A stretch of DNA of 64,000 nt, taken from NCBI GenBank assembly GCA_040388175.1, contig JAZKCG010000004.1:45160-109159 (forward strand). The letters run 5' to 3'. The translations under genes and the position numbers were made by a program. Every line of letters starts with the position of its first letter. Position 1 is the first letter of the stretch. Shown here piece by piece: positions 38,035 to 47,673 of this stretch. The notes beneath the pieces are model-generated. The model made no database searches, was not told where the DNA came from, and saw nothing but the letters and a program-made list of their open reading frames with translations. Source of the DNA: Bacteroidota bacterium (GTDB lineage: Bacteria; Bacteroidota; Bacteroidia; Sphingobacteriales; Sphingobacteriaceae).

Positions 38035-39375
38035 TTAAAACGACTCGTTCAAATTGAGAAAGAATCCCTTATTTCCATATCTGCCAAAAGCATAATCGAG
38101 CGCCAGGTTGGTACGGGTAGCTTTGTTGAAAAGCACACGTAAACCACCACCATATCCGGGCTGAAATACCTGGAATAGTTTGGTGCCATGCTCGTCGTTA
38201 GCACTTTGCATACTGCCGAACACCACACCGCTTACAAACTTATTGGCGAGGATAGGGAACCGGAATTCGGCCTCAGTATCATTAAACTGTGTGCCTTTAA
38301 AATATTGAGAGGTATACCCCCTGCCGCTTCTGAAGGTACCATCGCGGGCAGTTCCGGGCAGTTCAAGATAAGGGACGTTACCGCTTACCAGGTAAGACCC
38401 CCAGTTCCAGAAAGCGATGACCGTTTCAGGGCTGGTGGACGATAAACTGACATATTTTCTCAGATCAGAAGTGATCTGTACAGAGTTCTTGGTGCTACCT
38501 ATCCATGTTTGATTGATGCGTACTCCTGCATCAAAATAAACACCTTTGTAGGCACGGTTGGGGTTATCTCGCGTAGTGTAAGCAATATTAAATAAAAAAC
38601 CATCCGCCGAATAATGATCTTGCGGAAAACCATGTTGATTATTATAAACACTTGATGGGGTGGCGTTATTAGTGGTGTCTTTATTGGTGATCCCGCGCCT
38701 TACTTCGAATGATAAACCCGCGCCAACAAACACATTTTTACCTATATTTTTATAAACTTTCTCGCGAATATTGTAGTAATAAGAATGGATAGCATAACCT
38801 TTATGCGTTCCATTTGCTAATACTTTATCTGCAGCTGTACCGCCATTAATATCCTGGCCTATGCCGAGCCCATAATCAGGCGTTACTGTTTTAGCAGCAA
38901 CTATATTACCCTGAAAATTCCATTTATTACCCGGTGTAAAAATATTATGGTTGATATAAAAGTAAAGAATGCCTTTACTGGTGATAGATGCTGATGTAGC
39001 TGCTACGGAAAGCAAAGTTTTAGGATCATCACCCAAACGCTTGCCTGCTACCGCCTTTATTCCCAATTGTGCACCGATGGTAGGATTTGCAGCAATGTTA
39101 GGCACAATGGTGATGCCTGAGTTCTTTTTCAAAGTATCGGCCTTCCTTCCGGGATGGAATATATTACGGGTAAGGTCATTAAAATCGTACTGTTTATTAA
39201 TGTTCTCACGCAGACCGGGACTACCTGTCTTTTTTATCTTTAATGAATCGGCTTTAAGAGAATCAGCCGGAACGTTAACTTGCCCATAAACGAAACCCGG
39301 CGCTATGATAAGGGTAAATAACAGTTTCAGTAAAGAACTTTTTTTAATAGTGGTCTGTCTGTTTGCCATTTCCAT
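38035..39375 (-). CDS. BamA/TamA-like outer-membrane beta-barrel
   Basis: RGY....FKG, EAEFRFPI, GGGLR and LDYAFG motifs; terminal Phe. Confidence 0.8.
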   Translation of the reverse strand: MEMANRQTTIKKSSLLKLLFTLIIAPGFVYGQVNVPADSLKADSLKIKKTGSPGLRENINKQYDFNDLTRNIFHPGRKADTLKKNSGITIVPNIAANPTIGAQLGIKAVAGKRLGDDPKTLLSVAATSASITSKGILYFYINHNIFTPGNKWNFQGNIVAAKTVTPDYGLGIGQDINGGTAADKVLANGTHKGYAIHSYYYNIREKVYKNIGKNVFVGAGLSFEVRRGITNKDTTNNATPSSVYNNQHGFPQDHYSADGFLFNIAYTTRDNPNRAYKGVYFDAGVRINQTWIGSTKNSVQITSDLRKYVSLSSTSPETVIAFWNWGSYLVSGNVPYLELPGTARDGTFRSGRGYTSQYFKGTQFNDTEAEFRFPILANKFVSGVVFGSMQSANDEHGTKLFQVFQPGYGGGLRVLFNKATRTNLALDYAFGRYGNKGFFLNLNESF

Positions 39376-39416
39376 ACCTACCTAAGCATTATAAAGGGCA
39401 TTTTGTTTGTAAAACG

Positions 39417-40739
39417 TTATACCGGTACATACACCGCATACCCTCTTGGTGCTGCCCAAAAGTCGCTAAACCCATAAGCGTTGGTTTGTTTGGGTTGTGG
39501 CATAGCCATATCGCCATTGCTCCACCACGCTGCTGCCGAAAAGTTTTTGTTGATCCATTTGGTCTTTACCCTGCTGCCGTTCCATTGCCCGGTGTTATTT
39601 AATACATAGATCAACCCTGGCTGCCCATTTATTCCTTCGCGTTGCATGATGTATAAATTATCATCCACATATAAAACAGTCGTTTCGCCGCCGGCATATT
39701 GTTCATGCACTTTTACCAGCGCTGCTATGCCGTTAGGGGTGTTTTCGCGGGCTAAATTCCAGTTAAAATAATCCTGCCAAAAAACACAAGGGTATCCCTC
39801 GTGGGTAAGAATGAAAGAATAGGCCAGCATTTTATCATTTATAATAGCATCTCCCCTAATTACATCATGGTTTTCTACAAACGTTACCGCCGTATCCGCA
39901 AGCCCGTCTGTTAACAAGGTACCATTTTCGGTCAGCGTTTTCAGGCTGAACCCATAGGTCATGCAAAGATCCTTTAAACGGTAACGGAGCGGGAAATCAA
40001 ACGCGTTGATAGGGTTATCGCTCCAGGTATTCACCTCGGCCAGCCAATCGTATATATTGCGATCGCTGTCCCAGCATTCACCCACTCCAAACGGGTTAAA
40101 TTCGGTATTGCCTTTTAGTCCCCTCATCTCTTGTATGGCGCGCACCATCCAGGCTCCATATCCCTTCACAAAATCAAAACGGAAGCCGTCCATACCAATA
40201 TCTTCCAATAACCATTGGGCATACTCTAAGAAACCGGTATAAACATAGGGGTTGCGGTGGCAAAGGTCGGGCATATCACCAAATGCGCTTTCGTCCATCG
40301 TCTCATATTTACAGGGGTGAAAACACTCCCAGTTCCGTGGGAATTTACCACTGGCGGTATCAAATTTGGTATTCCGTGTAACGTTATCTAATTGATTTAC
40401 CTCCGGCTCGCCGCCGTTATTATGGTTCATCACCATATCAACATAAACATCAATTTTATGCTGATGGGCAGCAGTCACCAAACTTCTTAACTCTGCTTCA
40501 TTACCAAACCAGGTTTTTACGCCGCCTTTCTGATCAAAGTCGCCCAGATCATAATAATCAAAAGGGTCATACCCCATTGATTTTTGCGCCCCCGCTTTAT
40601 TAATAGGTGGCAACCAAAGCGCAGTGAAGCCCACTTCGCTTAGTGATGCAACTTTACTTTGTAAAAAATTCCACCATTCAAATTCCTGGTTCTCTAATTG
40701 GGGGCAGTTCCAATAAAACGCCTGTAAAATAACACCCAT
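39417..40739 (-). CDS. GH13 alpha-amylase (GH13_7-like), no signal peptide
   Basis: GVILQAFYW, FRFDFVKG, GECWD and FVENHD catalytic regions. Confidence 0.9.
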   Translation of the reverse strand: MGVILQAFYWNCPQLENQEFEWWNFLQSKVASLSEVGFTALWLPPINKAGAQKSMGYDPFDYYDLGDFDQKGGVKTWFGNEAELRSLVTAAHQHKIDVYVDMVMNHNNGGEPEVNQLDNVTRNTKFDTASGKFPRNWECFHPCKYETMDESAFGDMPDLCHRNPYVYTGFLEYAQWLLEDIGMDGFRFDFVKGYGAWMVRAIQEMRGLKGNTEFNPFGVGECWDSDRNIYDWLAEVNTWSDNPINAFDFPLRYRLKDLCMTYGFSLKTLTENGTLLTDGLADTAVTFVENHDVIRGDAIINDKMLAYSFILTHEGYPCVFWQDYFNWNLARENTPNGIAALVKVHEQYAGGETTVLYVDDNLYIMQREGINGQPGLIYVLNNTGQWNGSRVKTKWINKNFSAAAWWSNGDMAMPQPKQTNAYGFSDFWAAPRGYAVYVPV

Positions 40740-40835
40740 CTTAAAAAATATTTTTATAAAATTAGCTAAAATAACTCTTTTGCAGGCAATATCCGTAAAC
40801 TTGTAATTATCAATTATAAACCAAGATCATCATCA

Positions 40836-42170
40836 ATGGACAAGAGAATTTTGAAGCTATTTGCTTTTGCCTGTCTTTTATTTATATGCGTAAAAAACTA
40901 CGCTCAAACACCTATTACTGCCGATCTCACTATTAAAAAGAATTTAACCGACAACCAACTGCTTGACCTGGTGCAAAAACAAACCTTCCGATACTTTTGG
41001 GATCTGGGCCACCCGGTAAGTGGTATGGCACGCGAACGTAGCACCACCAGCAAAAAATTTGGCGATAACGTAGTAACCACCGGCGGTACCGGTTTTGGTA
41101 TCATGGCAACTATTGTTGCTACCAACCGCAAATTTATTCCACGTAAAGAAGCCGCTGCACATACACTTAAGATAGTAGATTTTTTATTAAAAGCCGACCG
41201 TTTTCATGGCGCTTACCCGCATTGGTTAAATGGCGAAACAGGCAAGGTGATCCCGTTCAGTAAGAAAGATGATGGTGCCGATATTGTGGAGACCTCTTAC
41301 CTGTTTCAGGGTTTGTTGACCGCACGGCAATATTATACTGCCAATAACCCGATAGAAAAAGAGCTGCGCACTAAAATAAAACAATTATGGGATGGTGTTG
41401 AATGGGACTGGTTCACCCAAAACAAAAATGTATTGTACTGGCACTGGAGCCCTAATTACAATTGGGATATGAACCTGCCCATTCATGGCTGGAACGAGTG
41501 TTTGATCACTTACGTAATGGCAGCAGCGTCGCCAACTCATGCTATTAATAAAAAGGTTTATACCGAGGGCTGGACAAATAGTAAAACCTTTATCAACGGT
41601 AAAACTTATTACGGCAAATATACATTGCCTTTAGGCCCCGACTTTGGCGGATCATTGTTTTGGACCCAATATTCGTTTATGGGCTTAAACCCGCATGGTT
41701 TAAAAGACCAATATGCCGATTACTGGCAGCAAGCCACTAATCACACTTTAATAAACCGTGAATATTGTGTTGAAAATCCGCTTAAAAATAAAGGTTACGG
41801 TCCCAATTGTTGGGGCTTAACCGCCAGTGACAGCTGGCGGGGTTATGCGGGGCACTCGCCTACCGAGGACCTGGGGGTTATTACACCAACCGCCGCGTTA
41901 TCAGCTTTTCCTTACACGCCGCAATATTCTATGCAAGCTTTAAGGCATTTTTATGAAGACTTAGGCGATAAGATCTGGGGCGAATATGGTTTTGTTGATG
42001 CCTTTAGCGAGCAACATGATTGGTATGCCAAATCATACCTGGCTATAGACCAGGGACCGATCATCGTTATGATAGAGAATTATCGCAGCGGCCTGCTTTG
42101 GAAATTATTTATGAGTAATACTGATGTAAAGGGAGGATTAAACAGATTGGGTTTTACTACTGCTAATTAA
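40836..42170 (+). CDS. GH144-like endo-beta-1,2-glucanase ('glucoamylase family')
   Basis: GMARER, GGTGFG, DIVETSYL, WNECLITY and YLAIDQGP motifs. Confidence 0.88.
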   Translation: MDKRILKLFAFACLLFICVKNYAQTPITADLTIKKNLTDNQLLDLVQKQTFRYFWDLGHPVSGMARERSTTSKKFGDNVVTTGGTGFGIMATIVATNRKFIPRKEAAAHTLKIVDFLLKADRFHGAYPHWLNGETGKVIPFSKKDDGADIVETSYLFQGLLTARQYYTANNPIEKELRTKIKQLWDGVEWDWFTQNKNVLYWHWSPNYNWDMNLPIHGWNECLITYVMAAASPTHAINKKVYTEGWTNSKTFINGKTYYGKYTLPLGPDFGGSLFWTQYSFMGLNPHGLKDQYADYWQQATNHTLINREYCVENPLKNKGYGPNCWGLTASDSWRGYAGHSPTEDLGVITPTAALSAFPYTPQYSMQALRHFYEDLGDKIWGEYGFVDAFSEQHDWYAKSYLAIDQGPIIVMIENYRSGLLWKLFMSNTDVKGGLNRLGFTTAN

Positions 42171-42228
42171 TCATTTGGTTTATTGGGTTATTATCTGCTA
42201 CCTTTAGATAAACCTTTAATCCTTAATT

Positions 42229-42954
42229 ATGAAAATCGTTGCCTCTATTTTCTTAGCATTACTATCATTTTGTGTAAATGCACAGGATATGCAAAAATAT
42301 CTTAATGACACCCGTGACTTAGTAAAACAAGGTAACTTTAAAGAAGCTTTGAAACGCGATATATGGTTTCATGACCACGCGTTGCAATATAGCAGGGCCA
42401 TGTCAGGAGTACGTTTATCGTTCGCACTTGGTGATTGGAAAACGCTTGGCGATAAATATCCACCCGCTTTAGCTGCACTAATTAAAGTAAGGGATGATAA
42501 AACCAAATTAGTAGAAGCGAATGGTGGCCCATCTAATCTTTTCCAGGATGTGGCTGCAATAAATCGTACACTAAAAGAAGATGCCAAAACTATTGCATTA
42601 TTTAAAGGTGTCATTAAAGCCCATCCGGATTCAGCACAACACAATTGGCATTATGTTAAAAGATTATTGTTTGATGCTAAAGAGTACACTTTGATTCATA
42701 AATATATTCGTACCCCTTTTTATGAATTTACCATTTTAAGAGAATCATACAATAGTAGTGTTTCTTATTATCCAAAAATGGGTATAGGGCAACCAAGTGT
42801 CAAACGAATTACAGAAGAAAATTTCATTAAAGGAGTAACTCAATTAATTCAATATTCCCGGGCCGTTAATGATACCAGATCAGCAAAAGATATTCAACAA
42901 CAGGCCGACCTGATTATTAATGATGGACGTATTGAAACAGCCTTGAAGGGATAA
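42229..42954 (+). CDS. Exported hypothetical protein, all-helical and AT-rich
   Basis: Signal peptide; 241-aa ORF. Confidence 0.75.
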   Translation: MKIVASIFLALLSFCVNAQDMQKYLNDTRDLVKQGNFKEALKRDIWFHDHALQYSRAMSGVRLSFALGDWKTLGDKYPPALAALIKVRDDKTKLVEANGGPSNLFQDVAAINRTLKEDAKTIALFKGVIKAHPDSAQHNWHYVKRLLFDAKEYTLIHKYIRTPFYEFTILRESYNSSVSYYPKMGIGQPSVKRITEENFIKGVTQLIQYSRAVNDTRSAKDIQQQADLIINDGRIETALKG

Positions 42955-43113
42955 GAAATTTCTGTTTCTGTAAAAAACCTGTCTCAAATAAACACACATA
43001 GTAAAAGTTGCTAACTTGGTGGTTACTTTATAAACCACCCTAATCAAATTATGCAGATATGAATTGGTTGTGCTTAATGGCGCTGTCAGATCTATATCGC
43101 TAATAGCAACTAT

Positions 43114-45297
43114 ATGAAAAAAACGCTACTCTTATTAAGCTTTGCGGCCATTTCTTTGGCAGCATGGACGCAGGTTAAACCTGTTGCTTCAACGCTCCCG
43201 CAAAAAACCGCTTTTCAAACCGGCAGCCCCTGGATCCCGCAGATTGACGTACGATCTGACATGGCCATAGTTTACGGCACTAATGACCGCCCCAATATGA
43301 CTTTCGAGCAGCGTGTACAATCATGGCGCGATCATGGTTACCAAACCGCTTTCATGACCGGCATTGCGTGGGGCAGCTATGATGATTTCTTTTTAGGTAA
43401 ATGGGATGGGAAGAACCATTTAGATCTTGCCCAGGTTGAAAAAAGCGGCAAGCCTATTATGCATGGCCGCAACATCCCCTACGTAGTGCCTACCGATGTA
43501 TTTATTGAATACATGAAAACAGCCGTGATGAAACGCGTTATTGACGTGGGTATTAAAGAAATATTTTTAGAAGAGCCCGAGTTTTGGGCACGTGGTGGAT
43601 ATAGCGAACCGTTTAAAGCCGAATGGCAAAAGTTTTATGGCTTTGCCTGGAAACCACAGGATGAAAGCGCGGAGAACACCTACCTGTCAAGCAAGTTGAA
43701 ATACCAGTTATATTATAATGCCATTAAGCAGGTATCAGATTATGCAAAGGCTTACGCTAAAAGCAAAGGCATCGGCATTAAGATTTACATCGCCACACAC
43801 TCGCTGGTAAATTACTCTTCATGGCAAATTGTAAGCCCGGAAGCCAGTTTGGCATCGTTACCGGGCATTGATGGCTATATAGCACAGGTATGGACCGGCA
43901 CCTCGCGCGAGGCCACTTATTTTAACGGTGCCCGTAAAGAACGTGTTTTTGAGAACGCGTTTTTGGAGTATGGTTCGATGGTATCTATGACCGCGCCAAC
44001 CAAACGCAAACTATTTTTCCTGACCGACCCGATAGAAGACGCGCGCCGTGATTGGGCAGATTATAAACGTAATTACCAGGCTACTTTCTCTGCTAAATTA
44101 CTATACCCGGTTGTTGCGAATTATGAAGTTATGCCATGGCCCGAGCGTATTTATACAGGCAAGTACCGTTTAGCCAATAGCGACTCGAGTGTATACATCC
44201 CTAAGTATTATTCTACGCAAATGCAGATCATGGTCAATTCGTTGAACAACATACCGGTATCTGCCAATAAAGTAACAGGGGTAAATGGTATCGGGGTGTT
44301 AATGAGTAATTCGCTAATGTTCCAACGCTTCCCTACCCATAATGGTTTTGAGGATCCGCAGTTTTCTATCTTCTACGGGCAAACCATGCCACTGGTAAAA
44401 CGCGGTGTACCTGTACAAACCGTACACATGGAAAACTTAGGCTATGCCGCTACTTTAAAGGATATTAAAGTTTTGGTGATGAGCTACTCGAACATGAAAC
44501 CGAACAGCGCCCAGGTACATGAACAATTGGCGGCATGGGTTAAAAAAGGCGGTGTATTAATTTACGTAGGTAAAGATGACGATCCATACCAAACCGTATT
44601 AGAGTGGTGGAACACCAAAGGCAATACGTATACAGCACCATCACAACATTTGTTTAAACTATTGGGCATAAATGCCGGTAGCGGAAAATCTAAATACAAA
44701 GTAGGACTGGGCACGGTTTACGTGATCCGTGAAAATCCAAAAGACTTTGTGATGCAAGCCAACAATGATGAGAACTATCTGAACACTGTAAAACAAGCCT
44801 ACGAGACTGATAGCAAAGCAGGCAAATTAGTATTCAAAAATAACCTGTATTTAGAACGCGGCCCGTATGATATTATAGCGGTGTTGAATGAAAATCCGGA
44901 TACCAAACCGTACACCGTAAAAGGTCCGGTGATCGATCTGTTCGACCCGACACTACCCGTATTGGCAGAAAAAGTGGTAAATCCGGGCGAGCAATCTTAT
45001 TTATACGATGTAAAAAGGGTTGTTAATAAAGCGAAGCCACAAGTACTGGCATCGGCATCAAGAGTATCTGATGAGCAAATCCAAGCTCGTCAGTATAACT
45101 TTGTGACCAAAAGCCCTGTCAACACTATAGATGCTATGCGGATCTTATTACCGGCACAGGCCAAAAAGATCACTCTTACAGATAGCAAGGGACAAACAAT
45201 CACCAACGTTAAAAGCTCATGGGATGCTTCTTCAAATACCCTGTATTTAGGTTATGATAATAGTCCGGATGGGATCCATGTAAGTATTACGTGGTAA
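43114..45297 (+). CDS. Exported hypothetical protein, probable glycoside-hydrolase-like TIM barrel plus glutamine-amidotransferase-like domain
   Basis: Signal peptide; IFLEEPEFW and IAQVWTG motifs; LKDIKVLVMS...LAAWVKKGGVLIYVG resembles beta-galactosidase trimerisation domains. Confidence 0.6.
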   Translation: MKKTLLLLSFAAISLAAWTQVKPVASTLPQKTAFQTGSPWIPQIDVRSDMAIVYGTNDRPNMTFEQRVQSWRDHGYQTAFMTGIAWGSYDDFFLGKWDGKNHLDLAQVEKSGKPIMHGRNIPYVVPTDVFIEYMKTAVMKRVIDVGIKEIFLEEPEFWARGGYSEPFKAEWQKFYGFAWKPQDESAENTYLSSKLKYQLYYNAIKQVSDYAKAYAKSKGIGIKIYIATHSLVNYSSWQIVSPEASLASLPGIDGYIAQVWTGTSREATYFNGARKERVFENAFLEYGSMVSMTAPTKRKLFFLTDPIEDARRDWADYKRNYQATFSAKLLYPVVANYEVMPWPERIYTGKYRLANSDSSVYIPKYYSTQMQIMVNSLNNIPVSANKVTGVNGIGVLMSNSLMFQRFPTHNGFEDPQFSIFYGQTMPLVKRGVPVQTVHMENLGYAATLKDIKVLVMSYSNMKPNSAQVHEQLAAWVKKGGVLIYVGKDDDPYQTVLEWWNTKGNTYTAPSQHLFKLLGINAGSGKSKYKVGLGTVYVIRENPKDFVMQANNDENYLNTVKQAYETDSKAGKLVFKNNLYLERGPYDIIAVLNENPDTKPYTVKGPVIDLFDPTLPVLAEKVVNPGEQSYLYDVKRVVNKAKPQVLASASRVSDEQIQARQYNFVTKSPVNTIDAMRILLPAQAKKITLTDSKGQTITNVKSSWDASSNTLYLGYDNSPDGIHVSITW

Positions 45298-45312
45298 TTA
45301 TAAAAGAGCCAT

Positions 45313-45350
45313 AAAATCCGGGAAGGTCTAAAAGGCCCTTCCGGATTTTT
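45313..45350. terminator. Bidirectional intrinsic terminator
   Basis: AAAATCCGGGAAGG...CCTTCCGGATTTTT. Confidence 0.75.
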
Positions 45351-46024
45351 TATTTTGCCAGCACGTAAAAGTGCATGTCTTTACGATTTACAAAGCCCAT
45401 GTTTTCATAAACCTTTACGGCTCTTGTATTATCACGTTTTACGTGTAAAAAGGGGATATTGCCTTCGGCCGTTACGCGGTTGATATGGTATTGCAGCAGC
45501 TGTTTAGCGTAACCCTTCCCGGTATAATCCGGGTGTGTGCAAACCGCGCTGATCTCGGCATAAGGTAATGGGTTCATTCGTTGGCCGGCCATGGCGATTA
45601 GCTGATCGCCGTCAAAGATCCCGCGATAGTGCCCAAAGTCAATGGTACGCGATAAGAACGGACCGGGATTGGTTAGTTTGGTCAGTTCCAGCATTTGCGG
45701 GATATGTTCATCAGTAAGGGTAACAAAATGGGAAGTATTAACCGGGATGGTATCGCCATGATAGATCATTTGCAGGCAGGGGATATATTGCAGCATTTTC
45801 CATTCGCCAACCATTTCGACCTCAACCGGCGAGATAAATACTATTGGGTAATTATGCGTTATCAGGTCATATCCTTTGCTAAAGTTAGCTGCTGTATTCT
45901 CTTCAAATCCAATAAATGGCGAAACCTCTTTATCAAAATATTTAACCTGCTGATTGCCATAGGCCAGATTTTCATTACCTGTAGCTAAAGCATTATAAGC
46001 AGGGTTATCTAATATGTGTTCCAT
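45350..46024 (-). CDS. GNAT (FR47-like) acetyltransferase
   Basis: HILDNPAY, PGPF, MAGQR and EISAVCTHPDYTGKGYA motifs. The likely start is the ATG at 46024. Confidence 0.9.
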   Translation of the reverse strand: MEHILDNPAYNALATGNENLAYGNQQVKYFDKEVSPFIGFEENTAANFSKGYDLITHNYPIVFISPVEVEMVGEWKMLQYIPCLQMIYHGDTIPVNTSHFVTLTDEHIPQMLELTKLTNPGPFLSRTIDFGHYRGIFDGDQLIAMAGQRMNPLPYAEISAVCTHPDYTGKGYAKQLLQYHINRVTAEGNIPFLHVKRDNTRAVKVYENMGFVNRKDMHFYVLAK

Positions 46025-46076
46025 TACCGCAAACCTATAAAAAAGATTTTTTAATAGCTGTGAGAACAAAGTAAAC

Positions 46077-46335
46077 CAGGGAAATCGCCTTTAAAGTTTT
46101 ACCCTTGGGGCAGTTTTGCGTATCAAACTGCACAGTTTATCACACTTATATCACCTCAAATCACACGCTATCACAGCAATTTTACCCTGTTTCACAGCCT
46201 ATCACACTTTATCACAGTAAATATTTAACTTAAATTGCTGTATATAAGCGCATTGTGTAGTAATTGCGATGCGTACGGGTTGATTGCGTTTTCCGCAAAA
46301 CACCTCGCCTTAACAGCGTCTGGGCATATACAAAA
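46077..46335 (+). repeat. Dispersed phased-CAC element, copy 2 (a further 19-nt start of the element is at 46390-46408)
   Basis: Inverted match to 25361-25616. Confidence 0.9.
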
Positions 46336-46411
46336 GTACATAATATTGCTAAGAATACGAAAATAAGTTGAAGTATTTAGGTTAGCGTCCAGGGCAAACG
46401 CATTAAAATTT

Positions 46412-46535
46412 CGGCTAAAGCCTTTGTTACTTTTGTTAGTCATCCGTTCCATAAATGGAACGGCAATGAGCAAAATTAATTGCCGTTTGGCTTTAGCCAA
46501 CGGCCAGTTGATAAAAAAAGAACAGGCTTTAGCTC
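46412..46535. repeat. REP-like GGCTAAAGCC / CCGTTCCAT hairpin element
   Basis: GGCTAAAGCC, the CCGTTCCAT-AA-ATGGAACGG stem, TTGCCGTTTGGCTTTAGCCAACGG and GGCTTTAGCT. Confidence 0.7.
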
Positions 46536-46621
46536 AATATTAAACGTCAAACCCTTTTTTAATTTAAAAGCGATTTCCCTGCAAAGTAAACGGCAAACTT
46601 TTACTGTTTAATTACCGTTGT

Positions 46622-47095
46622 ATGTTGATGAAGAAAATAACTTTAAGTTACCTGGTAGTTTTATTGATGACAGCCTGTTCATCTCCGGATAGCAGATCAA
46701 CCAAAACAGACACCCTCAATAATAACGATACTTTAGCTAAGGCCAAAACGGCTGTATACTCCTTATGCTTTTTAAATAAGCAGGCGAAAGATAGCACCAG
46801 CATTGAACTGGTGATACACGGCATTACAGTGACCGGGCAAATGAATTGGCTACCTTACCAGAAAGATAGTAGAAAAGGGACATTAGATGGCATTATAAAA
46901 AACGACACCTTGCATGCCACCTGGAGTTTTATGCAGGAGGGAATGAAAGATACTTTAATGCTAAACTTTCGGTTTAAAGACAATCAACTTGCACAAAAGC
47001 CTTTAAAACTGAATGTTAAGACCGGGCGTGAGCAAACAGATGAATCAGGGAGTTATAGTATTAGTTATGAAGCCAACGACGTGTTGCACAAATAG
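46622..47095 (+). CDS. Hypothetical lipoprotein
   Basis: LLMTAC lipobox. Confidence 0.75.
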   Translation: MLMKKITLSYLVVLLMTACSSPDSRSTKTDTLNNNDTLAKAKTAVYSLCFLNKQAKDSTSIELVIHGITVTGQMNWLPYQKDSRKGTLDGIIKNDTLHATWSFMQEGMKDTLMLNFRFKDNQLAQKPLKLNVKTGREQTDESGSYSISYEANDVLHK

Positions 47096-47101
47096 CGTAT
47101 G

Positions 47102-47248
47102 TTATCGATCATAGATCTCACACATAACCAACCCCAGCATAATCCCAAAAGCAACGCCCAGGCCATGATGGTGCAAAACTATCCCCGCAGCAAAACCAAT
47201 TATAAAGCCAATAACAAATACGATGCTTTTCTTCCTTTTTGTACTCAC
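47102..47248 (-). CDS. Small (48 aa) glycine-rich membrane protein, not in the ORF track
   Basis: Manual translation from GTG gives MSTKRKKSIVFVIGFIIGFAAGIVLHHHGLGVAFGIMLGLVMCEIYDR, starting 30 nt after the bactofilin stop. Confidence 0.6.
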   Translation of the reverse strand: MSTKRKKSIVFVIGFIIGFAAGIVLHHHGLGVAFGIMLGLVMCEIYDR

Positions 47249-47278
47249 CGGCTAAAACTACACTAAATACAGAATGTA

Positions 47279-47662
47279 TTAAGCGCTTTTCTTAATTTGA
47301 TGAGTATCGGCAGTTACCATTACCAGGCGACCATTATAAACACCACCGGTTTCAACCAGCAGAATGCCGGTCTCAATATCGCCGGTTATTTTTCCGGAGC
47401 TTCTAATTTCGAGTGACTTTGCAGTAATGTTACCCGTAATGATGCCGTAAACTATCAATTCTTTGGTAACAATATTTCCGTCAACCAGGCCATTTTCGCC
47501 CAATATCAATCCCTCGCTCACATTTACATCACCCTTTACGTGGCCATCTATGCGTACCACAGCAGGTGCTGTAATATCACCGTCAACCTTAGCACCTTCG
47601 CTAATCAATGTTGATATGGTTTGCAAATCAAGCGCTATCTTTTTTTTAGAAAAAACACCCAT
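47279..47662 (-). CDS. Bactofilin (polymer-forming cytoskeletal protein)
   Basis: TLISEG.KVDGDI...VRIDG.VKG beta-helix repeats, ending G.YNG.L.M. Confidence 0.93.
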   Translation of the reverse strand: MGVFSKKKIALDLQTISTLISEGAKVDGDITAPAVVRIDGHVKGDVNVSEGLILGENGLVDGNIVTKELIVYGIITGNITAKSLEIRSSGKITGDIETGILLVETGGVYNGRLVMVTADTHQIKKSA

Positions 47663-47673
47663 TATACCGGTTA

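Noticed and set aside
46225-46500. 91-aa minus-strand ORF
   Set aside because: It runs through a REP and the dispersed element; copy 1 of the element does not keep the frame.
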